DNA of 64,000 nucleotides from Giardia intestinalis (Eukaryota): NCBI GenBank assembly GCA_000002435.2, contig CM018792.1; one strand, 5' to 3'. Shown piece by piece: positions 21,586 to 31,198 of this stretch (position 1 is its first letter; each line of letters starts with the position of its first letter). The notes under the pieces were generated by a model. It saw only the letters and a program-made list of their open reading frames with translations, ran no database searches and was not told where the DNA came from. The position numbers and the translations under genes were made by a program.

Positions 21586-21909
21586 ATGGCAGACGTCTCC
21601 TTCGTTTCGGAAGAGGTGAATAGTATAGTCAAGGATACAATAGAGCAAGTGATAGGCTCAACGTCATATAACCACAGCAAGGTTACACAGCTTACTGACC
21701 AGGTCATTGACGAAGTCCTGAAGAAGCTTGTTGCCCAGAAGAAACCATACAAGTATCTAGTGTCATGCACGCTCATGCAGAAAACTGGCGCAGGCCTACA
21801 TACGGGATGCTCGGCCTACTGGGACACAACGACTGACGGGGTTGCTGTTGTTAGATGGGAGAATCGGTCAATGTATTGTGTCATGACAATCTTCGGAGTC
21901 AGCATTTAA
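21586..21909 (+). CDS. Tctex-1 family dynein light chain (DYNLT-like), copy 1
   Basis: 107 aa, a typical Tctex-1 size. The conserved C-terminal beta-rich region is present (W....DG...V.W.N......V.IFGVSI). Confidence 0.7.
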   Translation: MADVSFVSEEVNSIVKDTIEQVIGSTSYNHSKVTQLTDQVIDEVLKKLVAQKKPYKYLVSCTLMQKTGAGLHTGCSAYWDTTTDGVAVVRWENRSMYCVMTIFGVSI

Positions 21910-22019
21910 GTGTCACTGTACCACGGGATCTACAGAAGTGCTATCATTACCATTGCTGCGCCGGGTCTGGGGTCGGTCTCTTTGCAGCAATGGCGGGTGG
22001 TACTGTTAAATAAAAAGCT

Positions 22020-22343
22020 ATGGCCGAAATTTCCTTTGTTTCAGAGGAAGTAAACGGGATTGTCAAGGACACGCTGGATACGATGCTTGGTCAGGTCACA
22101 TATCAACAAAGCAAGATGACCCAGCTTACCGAGAGTGTCATCGACGAGGTCCTGAAGAGACTCGTGGCTCTCAAAAAGCCGTACAAGTATCTGGTATCAT
22201 GTGTCCTGATGCAGAAGATGGGTGCAGGACTCCACTCATCTGCGGCTGAGATGTGGGATACCACAACAGACGGCTATGCCCACGTTAGGTGGGACAACAA
22301 AACTATGTTCTGTTTCCTCACGGTCTTCGGAGTAAGCATCTAG
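22020..22343 (+). CDS. Tctex-1 family dynein light chain, copy 2, a tandem paralogue of copy 1
   Basis: 107 aa; alignable with copy 1 end to end at roughly 60-65 % identity (MA(D/E)(V/I)SFVSEEVN(S/G)IVKDT...KKPYKYLVSC.LMQK.GAGLH...W.NK.M.C..T.FGVSI). An AGTAAAC poly(A) motif lies ~12 nt after the stop. Confidence 0.7.
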   Translation: MAEISFVSEEVNGIVKDTLDTMLGQVTYQQSKMTQLTESVIDEVLKRLVALKKPYKYLVSCVLMQKMGAGLHSSAAEMWDTTTDGYAHVRWDNKTMFCFLTVFGVSI

Positions 22344-22493
22344 CTCCAGCTCCACCCAAGTAAACAGGGCCTGAGAGAGGACGCAGACCGCGATTGCCGC
22401 CGCCTCCGCATGGCTCGTTAGCACAAAAGCCGGACACCATCGGCGCGTCGCGCTTACGGTTTACTCGTGCTTTACTCGAAGCAGCGTCGACGC

Positions 22494-22790
22494 TCACATC
22501 CACTCGAGCTTGACCATCGTGTTAGCCGGGACAGAAAGCCAAATTTGGAAGTGGTCTTCCTCTGCTTGATACGGAACCTCGTCCATGCTGAAGTCCTGCT
22601 CGTCGATTCGAACTGTGAATGAGCGTATTGTTGGCTGGTTCAGCTTCACCAGTATTTCTGCTGTATGGTCGACGGAGAACTTCTGATACCCGTTATCAGC
22701 GTTGGCGTTGATGCGCAAAACATAGCTATCCGGATCCAGCTCTGAATGGAGAACATGGTACGTGCCGTAGTTGTTGAAGTTGATGGGCAT
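22494..22790 (-). CDS. Hypothetical 98-aa protein
   Basis: Clean ORF with an AT-rich initiator region immediately upstream on the minus strand (aaaaagttctctcgtctgtccgcATG). No family recognised. Confidence 0.4.
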   Translation of the reverse strand: MPINFNNYGTYHVLHSELDPDSYVLRINANADNGYQKFSVDHTAEILVKLNQPTIRSFTVRIDEQDFSMDEVPYQAEEDHFQIWLSVPANTMVKLEWM

Positions 22791-22939
22791 GCGGACAGAC
22801 GAGAGAACTTTTTATCGAAAGGGATTTTTAAAAGGGGTTTTTATTTTAATGCCATTTTAGCGGAATTTGCTTTTGCGCCGGTTGCTGAGCCGGTGGAGAT
22901 GTGATATAATGCGGCAGAATACTGCTCTTAACGCTCAGC

Positions 22940-23236
22940 TCAGCCAATATACTGACAGAAGTGTATCCCCACAGTTGCGTGGGAGGGCGCAACAATCTCA
23001 AAGCTGCTAAATCCATCCTTAACCTCTGGTCTATAGTACTCTAGCTCCTGGTAGACATCATTGACGCAAACAGTAAGCCTTTTCAGAACCTCTGTCCCTA
23101 TCAGCACTTTGAGCTTGGTGTATGTACTTATTGTAAAACGAATATAGCCCTCTTCTCCTAATGATCTAAGGGCCAACTGGGCCCCCCTCTGCTCCACGGA
23201 ATCAAGCCCATCCACTTCCAAAATATCAAGAGACAT
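22940..23236 (-). CDS. Hypothetical ~98-aa protein (start taken at the internal Met MSLDILEV)
   Basis: The ORF reported as 22940..23299 would overlap the last codons of the upstream NEK gene. The Met at 23236 is preceded by an A-rich initiator (caaaaaattcactcATG), so the shorter form is preferred. Confidence 0.35.
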   Translation of the reverse strand: MSLDILEVDGLDSVEQRGAQLALRSLGEEGYIRFTISTYTKLKVLIGTEVLKRLTVCVNDVYQELEYYRPEVKDGFSSFEIVAPSHATVGIHFCQYIG

Positions 23237-23295
23237 GAGTGAATTTTTTGATGCAAGACTATTTACATTCCACCACCTTCGCCCACCGAGGTAAA

Positions 23296-25992
23296 TCACC
23301 TGACAGTATTGAACCTGTCCTCACAGTATATCAGGCTAACGATAGTATTGATAAAGCCCACATTAGTCTCTCCGATGATGCCTACTATTACGTTTTGGTT
23401 AAGATCGTCTTCGCCGCCTTGCTCAGTATTGGTACGTATGTACTGATACGCTTTGACAAAGTTTGTGAGACCCAGCTCACCCTCTAGAAGGATCCGCAGG
23501 CGCTCCATACGCTGACTGATGGACTCCTCGGTGGTTTCGGCCCGCAGCATTTTCATCATGTTAGCCGCCTTCTCCGCTTTGTCCAAAGATCCTGGGCCAC
23601 CATTCCCATCAGGTGCGTTTGGATTGAAGTATGGATCTTCAAAGTCGCTATCGCTATCCTTTTCGTCCAAACATGCAAGGGCATTCTTGTCATCAGTTTG
23701 GCCCGTTGGTTGAACAGCTGGTTCCTGCACAGATGGAACATCACAGAGACGCCTTCCCTTCGCTGACAGGTTTTCTTTGATCTCATCCACAGGGGGCTGA
23801 GCACGCTGCTCCCCGCGCTTTAGCTCCTGTTCTCTTCTCCTCTCTGCGATCATCCTTCGCATGGCATCCCGCTGTTCCTCAAGCTTCCTTTGCTGCTCCG
23901 TGCGCTCTTCATGATTACGCGGATCATTGCGGTTCTGTACTCCGGGATCCATTATTTTGGGAGGTAGAAGGGATTCCATGCCCCCTTTGGAAGGATTGGC
24001 TTCGCTGCCAGCATTAGCTGGTCCGTTGGAAATGCGAAATAACCTCTCCTTCTCACGATCCTCTGCTGCCTGAGCAGCTTTACGCTTTTCCTCCATCTGC
24101 TTTTCATACTCTCTGTTCCTTTTTTCCCATTCAGCTCTTTGCTTTTCTTTGGCTTCACGAATACGACGCTCTTGCTCTTCTTTTTGCCTTTGAACTTTGT
24201 TGTGGGCCTCCATGAGCTCACGCTCCCTTGCGTCTTTAGCTTGTTCTTTTAACGGGGCTGGGGCCAGCTGACGCTTTACTTCTTGCTGATGCCTACGCTG
24301 TTCCTCAATGTTTCGGCGTATAGCTTGGTCACGTTGTTGTTGTTGTTGTTGTTGTTGTTGCTGCTGCTGCTGCTGACGTGTAGGAGATTGGGAAATACTG
24401 GGTGCTTGTGATTGTCGAGACGGCTGAGGCTGCTGGGCTGCCACTGGTCTATTGATGAAATCTTGAAGGTCAGCGAACTTGGCATCGAGCATGTCCGCAG
24501 ACGGTGCATGCCCCGCTCCTGGAGCGCCAGATGCTTGTTGCGCCTGTTTCTTGGCAAAGGGGTTACCCTGCACAGCATGATACCCGCGGTTTTCCTGCTG
24601 AGCCGCATGGTATTTGATATAATCTTGACGGACCTTCTCTTGAGCGCGCGCTTGATCCTCCTGATAGCGGCGGCGTTGCTCCTCGATACGTTGCTTTTCC
24701 TGGCGCACTATCTCATCGTAACTAAGTTTGTTGTTCACCTGAACGACTGGTGGAGCTCCTGGTACACCGACTGCAATGGCCCCTGGCATAATGCCAGGTT
24801 GCTTCACATTGGACTGGTACTGGTTGACAGGAGGTGGCGGTCGTTGATTATTCTTGATTGCCATAGCAGCAACCTCCGCCGCAGACAGCTTCTGATTTGC
24901 TGCCGGTGGCTGATATCCCCCGTTGGGATTGAAGTACATTGGTTTGTTCTGCTGCGATGGTGGTGGAGGCGGATGTGCGGACGGGGGACCATGTCTCGAC
25001 GCAGGTTGCCTCCCAGCGCTGCTGGCTTCTGAAGAAGCGTCGTCTTTCGGCGGGACTCCACTAACGGGCTTGCCGGGAATACCAACACGCCCAGCTCCAA
25101 ATCCAACGAGAGCGTTTCCACGGCCATGGATGATAGTATGGGAGAACTCCTCGTTCCAATAATCCTCTGGCAAGAGCCTTCTTATACGTTCCTGGAGAAA
25201 CGGAAGCTTCAGGATCTGATTCACGCTCGGGCGTTTATTGGGGTCTTTTTGAAGCATACGGTCAAGCACCTCCCTAAGATTTCGGCTGTATGTGTTTGAT
25301 ATGGGTTGGTACTGACCGCGAAGAATCTTGACAACAAGCCCTTTCATATTCTGGGCTTCAAATGCGTGCTGTAGGGTACAGATCTCATAGAGCACACACC
25401 CAAGAGACCATATGTCAGATTTATTGTTATACGGCTTGTCCTCGCAGAGCTCTGGGCTCAAGTAGTATGGAGTACCGATGGCTGTTCTCGCGCACTCCAG
25501 TGTTGATTGTAAGATCTTGGCTATGCCGAAGTCCCCCAGCTTTACTGTTTTGCGAGACCTGTCGTTCTCATCTGTACACAGAAAGATGTTCTGTGTCTTC
25601 AAATCTCGATGAAGAATCTTGCGATCGTGAACATGCTTGAGCGCCATGCATATCTGAACAAACCAGTCCCAGATCTGGTCCTCTGGGAACAATGAGTTTT
25701 TCATCTTTTGGCGCTTTATAGCATCTGTAAGATCACCGGCATCTGCATATTCCATCACAATGTGAAGGTACCTGGTGTCTGCGAACGATTCGTGGTAGCC
25801 GACTATGTACGGATGCTTGAGCTTAGAGAGTATTTTGGCCTCGGTAAGTGCTTCCTCGCGCTCCCTGGGTTTCAGCGGCGCAATGTGGATAACTTTCATG
25901 ACATATTTAATCCCCGTGCTCTTTTCCTGCGCTAGCACAGCCCTGCCAAAAGATCCCTTGCCTAGAACCTTAAGCTCCTTGTAGCGTTCCAT
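23296..25992 (-). CDS. NEK-family serine/threonine protein kinase with a long Pro/Gln-rich, poly-Q and charged coiled-coil C-terminal extension
   Basis: All catalytic motifs are intact in the N-terminal domain: GKGSFGRA (Gly loop), VMK (beta3 Lys), HRDLKTQNIFL, DFGIAKIL and GTPYYLSPE. Then follow ~550 aa of low complexity, including a run of 18 Gln and an E/R/K-rich coiled coil. Confidence 0.85.
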   Translation of the reverse strand: MERYKELKVLGKGSFGRAVLAQEKSTGIKYVMKVIHIAPLKPREREEALTEAKILSKLKHPYIVGYHESFADTRYLHIVMEYADAGDLTDAIKRQKMKNSLFPEDQIWDWFVQICMALKHVHDRKILHRDLKTQNIFLCTDENDRSRKTVKLGDFGIAKILQSTLECARTAIGTPYYLSPELCEDKPYNNKSDIWSLGCVLYEICTLQHAFEAQNMKGLVVKILRGQYQPISNTYSRNLREVLDRMLQKDPNKRPSVNQILKLPFLQERIRRLLPEDYWNEEFSHTIIHGRGNALVGFGAGRVGIPGKPVSGVPPKDDASSEASSAGRQPASRHGPPSAHPPPPPSQQNKPMYFNPNGGYQPPAANQKLSAAEVAAMAIKNNQRPPPPVNQYQSNVKQPGIMPGAIAVGVPGAPPVVQVNNKLSYDEIVRQEKQRIEEQRRRYQEDQARAQEKVRQDYIKYHAAQQENRGYHAVQGNPFAKKQAQQASGAPGAGHAPSADMLDAKFADLQDFINRPVAAQQPQPSRQSQAPSISQSPTRQQQQQQQQQQQQQQRDQAIRRNIEEQRRHQQEVKRQLAPAPLKEQAKDARERELMEAHNKVQRQKEEQERRIREAKEKQRAEWEKRNREYEKQMEEKRKAAQAAEDREKERLFRISNGPANAGSEANPSKGGMESLLPPKIMDPGVQNRNDPRNHEERTEQQRKLEEQRDAMRRMIAERRREQELKRGEQRAQPPVDEIKENLSAKGRRLCDVPSVQEPAVQPTGQTDDKNALACLDEKDSDSDFEDPYFNPNAPDGNGGPGSLDKAEKAANMMKMLRAETTEESISQRMERLRILLEGELGLTNFVKAYQYIRTNTEQGGEDDLNQNVIVGIIGETNVGFINTIVSLIYCEDRFNTVR
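24336..24389 (-). repeat. (CAA)8(CAG)6 trinucleotide tract (plus strand ttg x8 ctg x6, then ac before the continuing Gln codons) encoding 14 of the 18 Gln poly-Q run of the NEK kinase
   Basis: Seen directly: tgttgttgttgttgttgttgttgttgctgctgctgctgctgacgtgtaggagattgg at 24336-24389 on the plus strand. Confidence 0.9.
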
Positions 25993-26042
25993 GAAGCCTC
26001 AGGAATTTTATAAACTAGAATTTTGCATTTAGATTAGTAAAA
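25993..26042. promoter_or_regulatory. 50-bp AT-rich divergent intergenic region shared by the NEK kinase (minus) and the high-cysteine protein (plus), a probable bidirectional initiator
   Basis: aggaattttataaactagaattttgcatttagattagtaaaa lies between two divergent ATGs. From family knowledge, Giardia promoters are short AT-rich elements within ~50 bp of the ATG. Confidence 0.5.
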
Positions 26043-29000
26043 ATGAAGTTTTTTAAGACAGCGTGCTGCCTAGTTGGCTTTCTTGCAAGTGTCTCAACAG
26101 ACGCGCATCCGGATGAGGTAGCATCAACTGGCAAAACTCATTATTTTAAGAAGTCCCTTTCGAAGCCTTTATTGAGAACATCCTTTGATATTAAAGAGTC
26201 CAATCGCTGCAAATGGAATGAGGTCTATGTGCACGAAAAGTGTGTACCTCGCGAGTGTGTCTATGAAGGTGTTGAATGTAATAGCCGCGGAGTTTGTCAG
26301 CAAGGGCACGGAGATAGTTATCGCTGTCACTGTGATGATGACATGCATTATCTTCCTGACTGGGGGTGTGTTCCCACTCCTTGCATCGGCGACACCCCTA
26401 TACCATGTCAGGGTGGTATCTGTTCAGAGGTTCTTGCGGGTCTCTATGCATGTGAATGCCTTCCGGGGATGGTTTTTGCAGGGTACTGCGCTATTCCGAC
26501 GTGTATACAGCATCCAGAGCAAGGGGTCTGCTCTAGAGTTGGCGTCTGTGCAGATACCTGCCAATGCCCGCCTTTGCATGCAGGAGACTATTGTGAGATG
26601 TGCACAAATGACGCGCAGATGGTGGGAGGGAAGTGTATTTCTCACGCATGCATCGATACATCTGGCTTGGTCTGCAGTGGTCGAGGCATCTGTGCTGGTG
26701 TCAATCCCAATTTCTATTGTGCTTGTAACGAAAATTACATAGCCATAAACTCATCGACTTGCGTACATCGAAACTGCATAGATGCAAGTTATGAGCCCCT
26801 TGTTTGTCATGGACATGGAGAATGTATAGACAACAGATGCTCTTGTGATGACCAGTGGTGGGGATCTTTTTGTGAGCGTCCTGCCGAACCATGTATGCCA
26901 ACCGAAGTCTTTGTGGACGGGAGTTGCTTTCCTAGGTCCTGTGTGGTTGAAAACAGCATCTGTAATACGCACGGCGATTGTATTGGTGGAGTGTGCCACT
27001 GTTACACCTACGCTTCCGCCCATTCTACGTTATTATGCTATCCAACAACTTGCCTATTTGACAGAAACGGGTATATGGTTCCATGCCCCCATGGACAATG
27101 CACGTATGAGAGCCAAATGCTAGGATATCAATGTAGATGCTATAATGGTTATGTAAAGATAGACAAAGAATGTCAGCCTTCCTATTGTGTCTCAGATATT
27201 TATCAATCTAAAGCATCCTTGTGTGGCGGCGTTGGCTTCTGTGATCTAGACCATGGATGTCTTTGTCCTCAATCCATTACTGGCCGGTACTGTACTCTAA
27301 CTACTTTCGCCACTACCTTATCACGTCAGTTTCCTCGTCTTAATATCTTTGCATTATGTGAGGACGGGTTTTTGCTCATTAATGGGTCATGTGTTTCGAA
27401 AGCCTGTTTAACAGGAGAAAAGGAAGTATGCTATGGAGACCGCGGATACTGTGTTCATACACAAAGGTATGGCTGGGGGTGTCGGTGCTACAGTCACTAT
27501 ACAGGCCCCACCTGCTCTGTGTGCTCTTCTAAGGGGGTTATGATAAATGGTCAGTGCATTCCGGCATTATGTACTGTTTTGCTATCGTCTGGAGATTATG
27601 TTGAATGTGGAGGCCATGGTGTTTGTAATATTTCCACTCAACCCAATGACTCTTCAGATCCTATGGAAGTCATCGTCTGTGTTTGCGATGATTTATCATA
27701 TCCAATAGAGAAAACATGTATTTCTAAAACCTGCATAACGACTAGCCCATTCCTAAAGAGCGACTTTAGAATCATATGCTCTGGCCATGGCGTGTGTGAG
27801 ATTGATAGTTGCCTTTGTTTTGGCGAATACACAGGGCCAGAGTGCTCGTACAGAAATGATCTTATTTGCGTCGACGGATACCAACCCATTGATGGTAAGT
27901 GCGTGCCGTCAGAATGTGTTTACATAGATACGATTTGTGGCGGTCACGGGGAATGCATCTCATTTGAATCCGGGTCCAACTCATGTAAGTGTTATGAGGG
28001 CTTTTCTTTGACCAGTATCTACGGTTGTCAGCCTACCGTTTGCGTTAATTCCGAGGGGCTTCTGTGCAAGGACGGCACATGCGTTCAAATATCCCCAAAT
28101 GCTTATGAGTGCCAATGTCAGGAGGAATATGCAGCATCTCATGGAGAATGCCATCCCCGTGAGTGTGTTGATTGGAATGGAAATCTTTGCAACACAGATC
28201 GCGGTCGCTGCATCTATGATACACGCTTTTCTAGCTTCAGATGCGAGTGCTTAGATGGATATAGCGGTGTCTTCTGTGCACAGTGCTCTAACTATGCTGT
28301 ACGCATCAACGGCGTCTGTGTGCCACCACAATGTTATATAGATGATGGGAACAATGTACATATTTGCGGAGGATTTGGTACGTGCATTTATCAATACAAG
28401 AAGGCGAGCTATTGCGTGTGCGATGATGGAGCAGCAGTTCAGGCCAATGGGCAGTGTGCGTCCTGGGCATGTGTTCAGCCAGGATTGGTAACCAATATGG
28501 CTTGTTCGGGCTTCGGTATTTGCGCTAATGAGCGCTGTATATGTAACTCAATCTTCTATGGAACATATTGCGAGAAAGTTCAACCAAATTGCGGTCCTGC
28601 ACAGATCTTCATTAAAAGTAAGGAGGAATGCATTCCTCTGGTCTGTGTATCAAACGAAACCATATGCAATGATCACGGAGAGTGCATAAGGGGAGAAACG
28701 ACCAATGGGGTCGTTCGTGCCTTTTGTCAGTGTTCACCTGGATATGCTCTTTACAATAACACGTTATGCGTGCCACCTGGATGCATCATACATGGAGAAC
28801 TATGTCCTGATGGTCACTGCACCAATGACCTAATAGCACCCTGCATCTGCGACGATAATTACACATGGACAGGGGTAGAGTGTACACCTAATATATGCTT
28901 GAATGGAAAGGACATGTATGGCAAATACATCATCTGCTCAGCCCGAGGGAGCTGTGACAGCAAACAAGGATGTAATTGTCTGTCTATATATGAAGGAAAG

Positions 29001-29324
29001 CTATGCGAAGAGTGTGGGCGTCAGGGCTTAGTCATTAACGGCACATGTTTTCCGAGCCATTGTGTGCAAGTAAGCAATGGTACCTATACTATATGTAATA
29101 ATTATGGAAGCTGTGAAAGATCTTTCCTCGGAAATAGTGAGGATACTTACCGTTGTGCATGCAGATTGCCAAGTGTAGACATAAAGGATGGAGGATGCTA
29201 CTCTCCTCTATGTATTCCAGACCCGATATCTCGCCTGGTTTGCAATGGACACGGGTTCTGTGATGGAGGACACTGTATTTGTCAAAAGGGATATAAGGGG
29301 AGGCGCTGCGAGCATAAGTCATAG
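26043..29324 (+). CDS. High-cysteine, EGF/tenascin-like repeat protein (HCMP/tenascin-like class); secreted, with no C-terminal TM helix
   Basis: N-terminal signal peptide (MKFFKTACCLVGFLASVST), then ~30 repeats of the C..HG.C / CxCxxGYxGxxC type across 1093 aa. The protein ends ...CICQKGYKGRRCEHKS with no hydrophobic anchor and no CRGKA, so it is not a VSP. Confidence 0.8.
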   Translation: MKFFKTACCLVGFLASVSTDAHPDEVASTGKTHYFKKSLSKPLLRTSFDIKESNRCKWNEVYVHEKCVPRECVYEGVECNSRGVCQQGHGDSYRCHCDDDMHYLPDWGCVPTPCIGDTPIPCQGGICSEVLAGLYACECLPGMVFAGYCAIPTCIQHPEQGVCSRVGVCADTCQCPPLHAGDYCEMCTNDAQMVGGKCISHACIDTSGLVCSGRGICAGVNPNFYCACNENYIAINSSTCVHRNCIDASYEPLVCHGHGECIDNRCSCDDQWWGSFCERPAEPCMPTEVFVDGSCFPRSCVVENSICNTHGDCIGGVCHCYTYASAHSTLLCYPTTCLFDRNGYMVPCPHGQCTYESQMLGYQCRCYNGYVKIDKECQPSYCVSDIYQSKASLCGGVGFCDLDHGCLCPQSITGRYCTLTTFATTLSRQFPRLNIFALCEDGFLLINGSCVSKACLTGEKEVCYGDRGYCVHTQRYGWGCRCYSHYTGPTCSVCSSKGVMINGQCIPALCTVLLSSGDYVECGGHGVCNISTQPNDSSDPMEVIVCVCDDLSYPIEKTCISKTCITTSPFLKSDFRIICSGHGVCEIDSCLCFGEYTGPECSYRNDLICVDGYQPIDGKCVPSECVYIDTICGGHGECISFESGSNSCKCYEGFSLTSIYGCQPTVCVNSEGLLCKDGTCVQISPNAYECQCQEEYAASHGECHPRECVDWNGNLCNTDRGRCIYDTRFSSFRCECLDGYSGVFCAQCSNYAVRINGVCVPPQCYIDDGNNVHICGGFGTCIYQYKKASYCVCDDGAAVQANGQCASWACVQPGLVTNMACSGFGICANERCICNSIFYGTYCEKVQPNCGPAQIFIKSKEECIPLVCVSNETICNDHGECIRGETTNGVVRAFCQCSPGYALYNNTLCVPPGCIIHGELCPDGHCTNDLIAPCICDDNYTWTGVECTPNICLNGKDMYGKYIICSARGSCDSKQGCNCLSIYEGKLCEECGRQGLVINGTCFPSHCVQVSNGTYTICNNYGSCERSFLGNSEDTYRCACRLPSVDIKDGGCYSPLCIPDPISRLVCNGHGFCDGGHCICQKGYKGRRCEHKS

Positions 29325-29344
29325 CTCCAATTGCTTCTACTAGT

Positions 29345-30025
29345 TTACATACCGTCAAGACGTAATGAATCAGCCACGTCAGAAATAGCTAGGTTGCTGT
29401 ACTCCTCGTACACATACTTTGTCACTGTTTCAACTGCTGCCTGGACATCTTTAAACCAGGCACAATGCTCGTACAACAGGGGCCTGATAAACGGAAAGAT
29501 GGCAAAGGAAAGACACACAACACACACAGGGATATGTATGCTTATGTATAGAGACATAACACCTATTGCCAGAAAAATCGCAAGAATATTTGTGGGGCGG
29601 TGGAAGATTCCGAGCGAATCTACTCTATCACTGACGATAGCCAAGAATGAGAAAAGGTATTCTACAGCATCATCGCGCTGCGTAATGTTGCGCACGGGCT
29701 CACTGAGTAGGGAACGGGTGTACGGGAGCTCGTTTGTAACCCGCAGGGTATAGATTAATACGTATCCTGTCAGTATGTTGAACAGTGCATTACTAGGACT
29801 GTACCGCACAATTAAGAAAAGCAAGAGGGCAGAAGCAGCGTTGAACGTGGCTGCCGCTATATTGCTCTGCTGGAAACCGTTTGCAACGATAAGGATATAC
29901 TGCATGTAGGGATTCATCCGCACAATGATGGCGTCTCGGTATGTGCAGACCTTCTTCACGTTGGTAGAGTCTGATACATACTCCGTTAACCAGCCCATTT
30001 CCCTCTTCTGAATTTCAAATCTCAA
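29345..30025 (-). CDS. Small multipass membrane protein (~226 aa), family unknown
   Basis: Five to six hydrophobic helices (e.g. ASALLLFLIVRY, ILTGYVLIYTL, ILAIFLAIGVMSLYISIHIPVCVVCLSFAIFPFI). An AT-rich initiator lies upstream on the minus strand (ccctttatatttgagATTTgaa...ATG). Confidence 0.45.
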   Translation of the reverse strand: MRFEIQKREMGWLTEYVSDSTNVKKVCTYRDAIIVRMNPYMQYILIVANGFQQSNIAAATFNAASALLLFLIVRYSPSNALFNILTGYVLIYTLRVTNELPYTRSLLSEPVRNITQRDDAVEYLFSFLAIVSDRVDSLGIFHRPTNILAIFLAIGVMSLYISIHIPVCVVCLSFAIFPFIRPLLYEHCAWFKDVQAAVETVTKYVYEEYSNLAISDVADSLRLDGM

Positions 30026-30275
30026 ATATAAAGGGGGGTATTTGATTTCGCTGGTCAGCAGGCCCCGTAACCGCCCAGTAAAATCACTTTAATGACCAGG
30101 ACACCAAGTTGTGTCTTCCTGTAGGACTTTGTCTAAACTATTTTGAACAAAAAATGAGAGGTTAGCTATTGGAAAGCAGGAGCATGCACACGTGTAAAAG
30201 TGAGGACAACTTATTTTGCCGGTGGTCAAACCCTATAAATGAACTTTAAATGTTTTAAAGCTTACGGAATTTTAA

Positions 30276-31172
30276 ATGAAGCTCTTTCTCCTCGCCGCTG
30301 CAGCTTTCTCTGCGCCCGCCCTGACGGTCTCCGAGCTTAACCACATCAAGTCCCTGAATCCCAGGTGGAAGGCGGGCATCCCGAAGCGCTTCGAGGGGCT
30401 CACGAAGGATGAGATCTCGAGCCTCCTGATGCCTGTTTCCTTCCTCAAGCGCGATAGGGCTGCGGTTCCCCGTGGGACCGTGTCCGCCACGCAGGCCCCC
30501 GACTCCTTTGACTTCCGCGAGGAGTATCCCCACTGCATCCCCGAGGTTGTCGACCAGGGCGGATGCGGCTCCTGCTGGGCCTTCTCCTCCGTAGCTTCCG
30601 TCGGCGACCGCCGATGCTTTGCTGGCCTCGACAAGAAAGCCGTCAAGTACTCCCCGCAGTATGTGGTCTCCTGCGACCGTGGAGACATGGCTTGCGACGG
30701 CGGCTGGCTCCCGAGCGTCTGGAGATTCCTCACCAAGACTGGAACGACCACCGACGAGTGCGTCCCTTACCAGAGCGGCAGCACCGGCGCCCGCGGCACC
30801 TGCCCGACGAAGTGCGCCGATGGCAGCGACCTGCCCATCTACAAGGCCACAAAGGCTGTCGACTATGGTCTGGACTGCGACCTTATCATGAAGGCTCTCG
30901 CCACGGGCGGCCCTCTCCAGACCGCCTTCACCGTTTACTCCGATTTCATGTACTATGAGGGCGGCGTCTACCAGCACACCTACGGAAGAGTCGAGGGTGG
31001 TCACGCAGTCGAGATGGTGGGCTACGGCACAGACGAGTACGACGTTGACTACTGGATCATCCGCAACTCCTGGGGCCCTGACTGGGGTGAGGACGGCTAC
31101 TTCCGCATCATTCGCATGACGAACGAGTGCGGCATTGAAGAGCAAGTAATAGGTGGGTTCTTTGAGAACTAA
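30276..31172 (+). CDS. Cathepsin B-like papain-family cysteine protease (C1A)
   Basis: Signal peptide MKLFLLAAAAFSAPALT. Active-site Cys in QGGCGSCWAFSS and His in GGHAVEMVGYG; Asn-Trp in IIRNSWGPDWGEDGYFRI. Length 298 aa. An AT-rich initiator (ttttaaATG) is upstream and an AGTAAAT poly(A) motif lies 19 nt after the stop. Confidence 0.9.
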   Translation: MKLFLLAAAAFSAPALTVSELNHIKSLNPRWKAGIPKRFEGLTKDEISSLLMPVSFLKRDRAAVPRGTVSATQAPDSFDFREEYPHCIPEVVDQGGCGSCWAFSSVASVGDRRCFAGLDKKAVKYSPQYVVSCDRGDMACDGGWLPSVWRFLTKTGTTTDECVPYQSGSTGARGTCPTKCADGSDLPIYKATKAVDYGLDCDLIMKALATGGPLQTAFTVYSDFMYYEGGVYQHTYGRVEGGHAVEMVGYGTDEYDVDYWIIRNSWGPDWGEDGYFRIIRMTNECGIEEQVIGGFFEN

Positions 31173-31198
31173 CTGGTGAATCCATTTTATAGTAAATC

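Noticed and set aside
24412-25032. 206-aa plus-strand ORF inside the NEK kinase tail region
   Set aside because: It is antisense to the Pro/Gln-rich tail of a kinase with intact motifs. Its translation is low-complexity Leu/Arg-rich.
30255-31145. 296-aa ORF antisense to the cathepsin B gene
   Set aside because: Its translation is an Ala/Gly/Val-rich composition artefact of the GC-rich sense strand. The sense strand encodes a complete cathepsin B with all catalytic residues.
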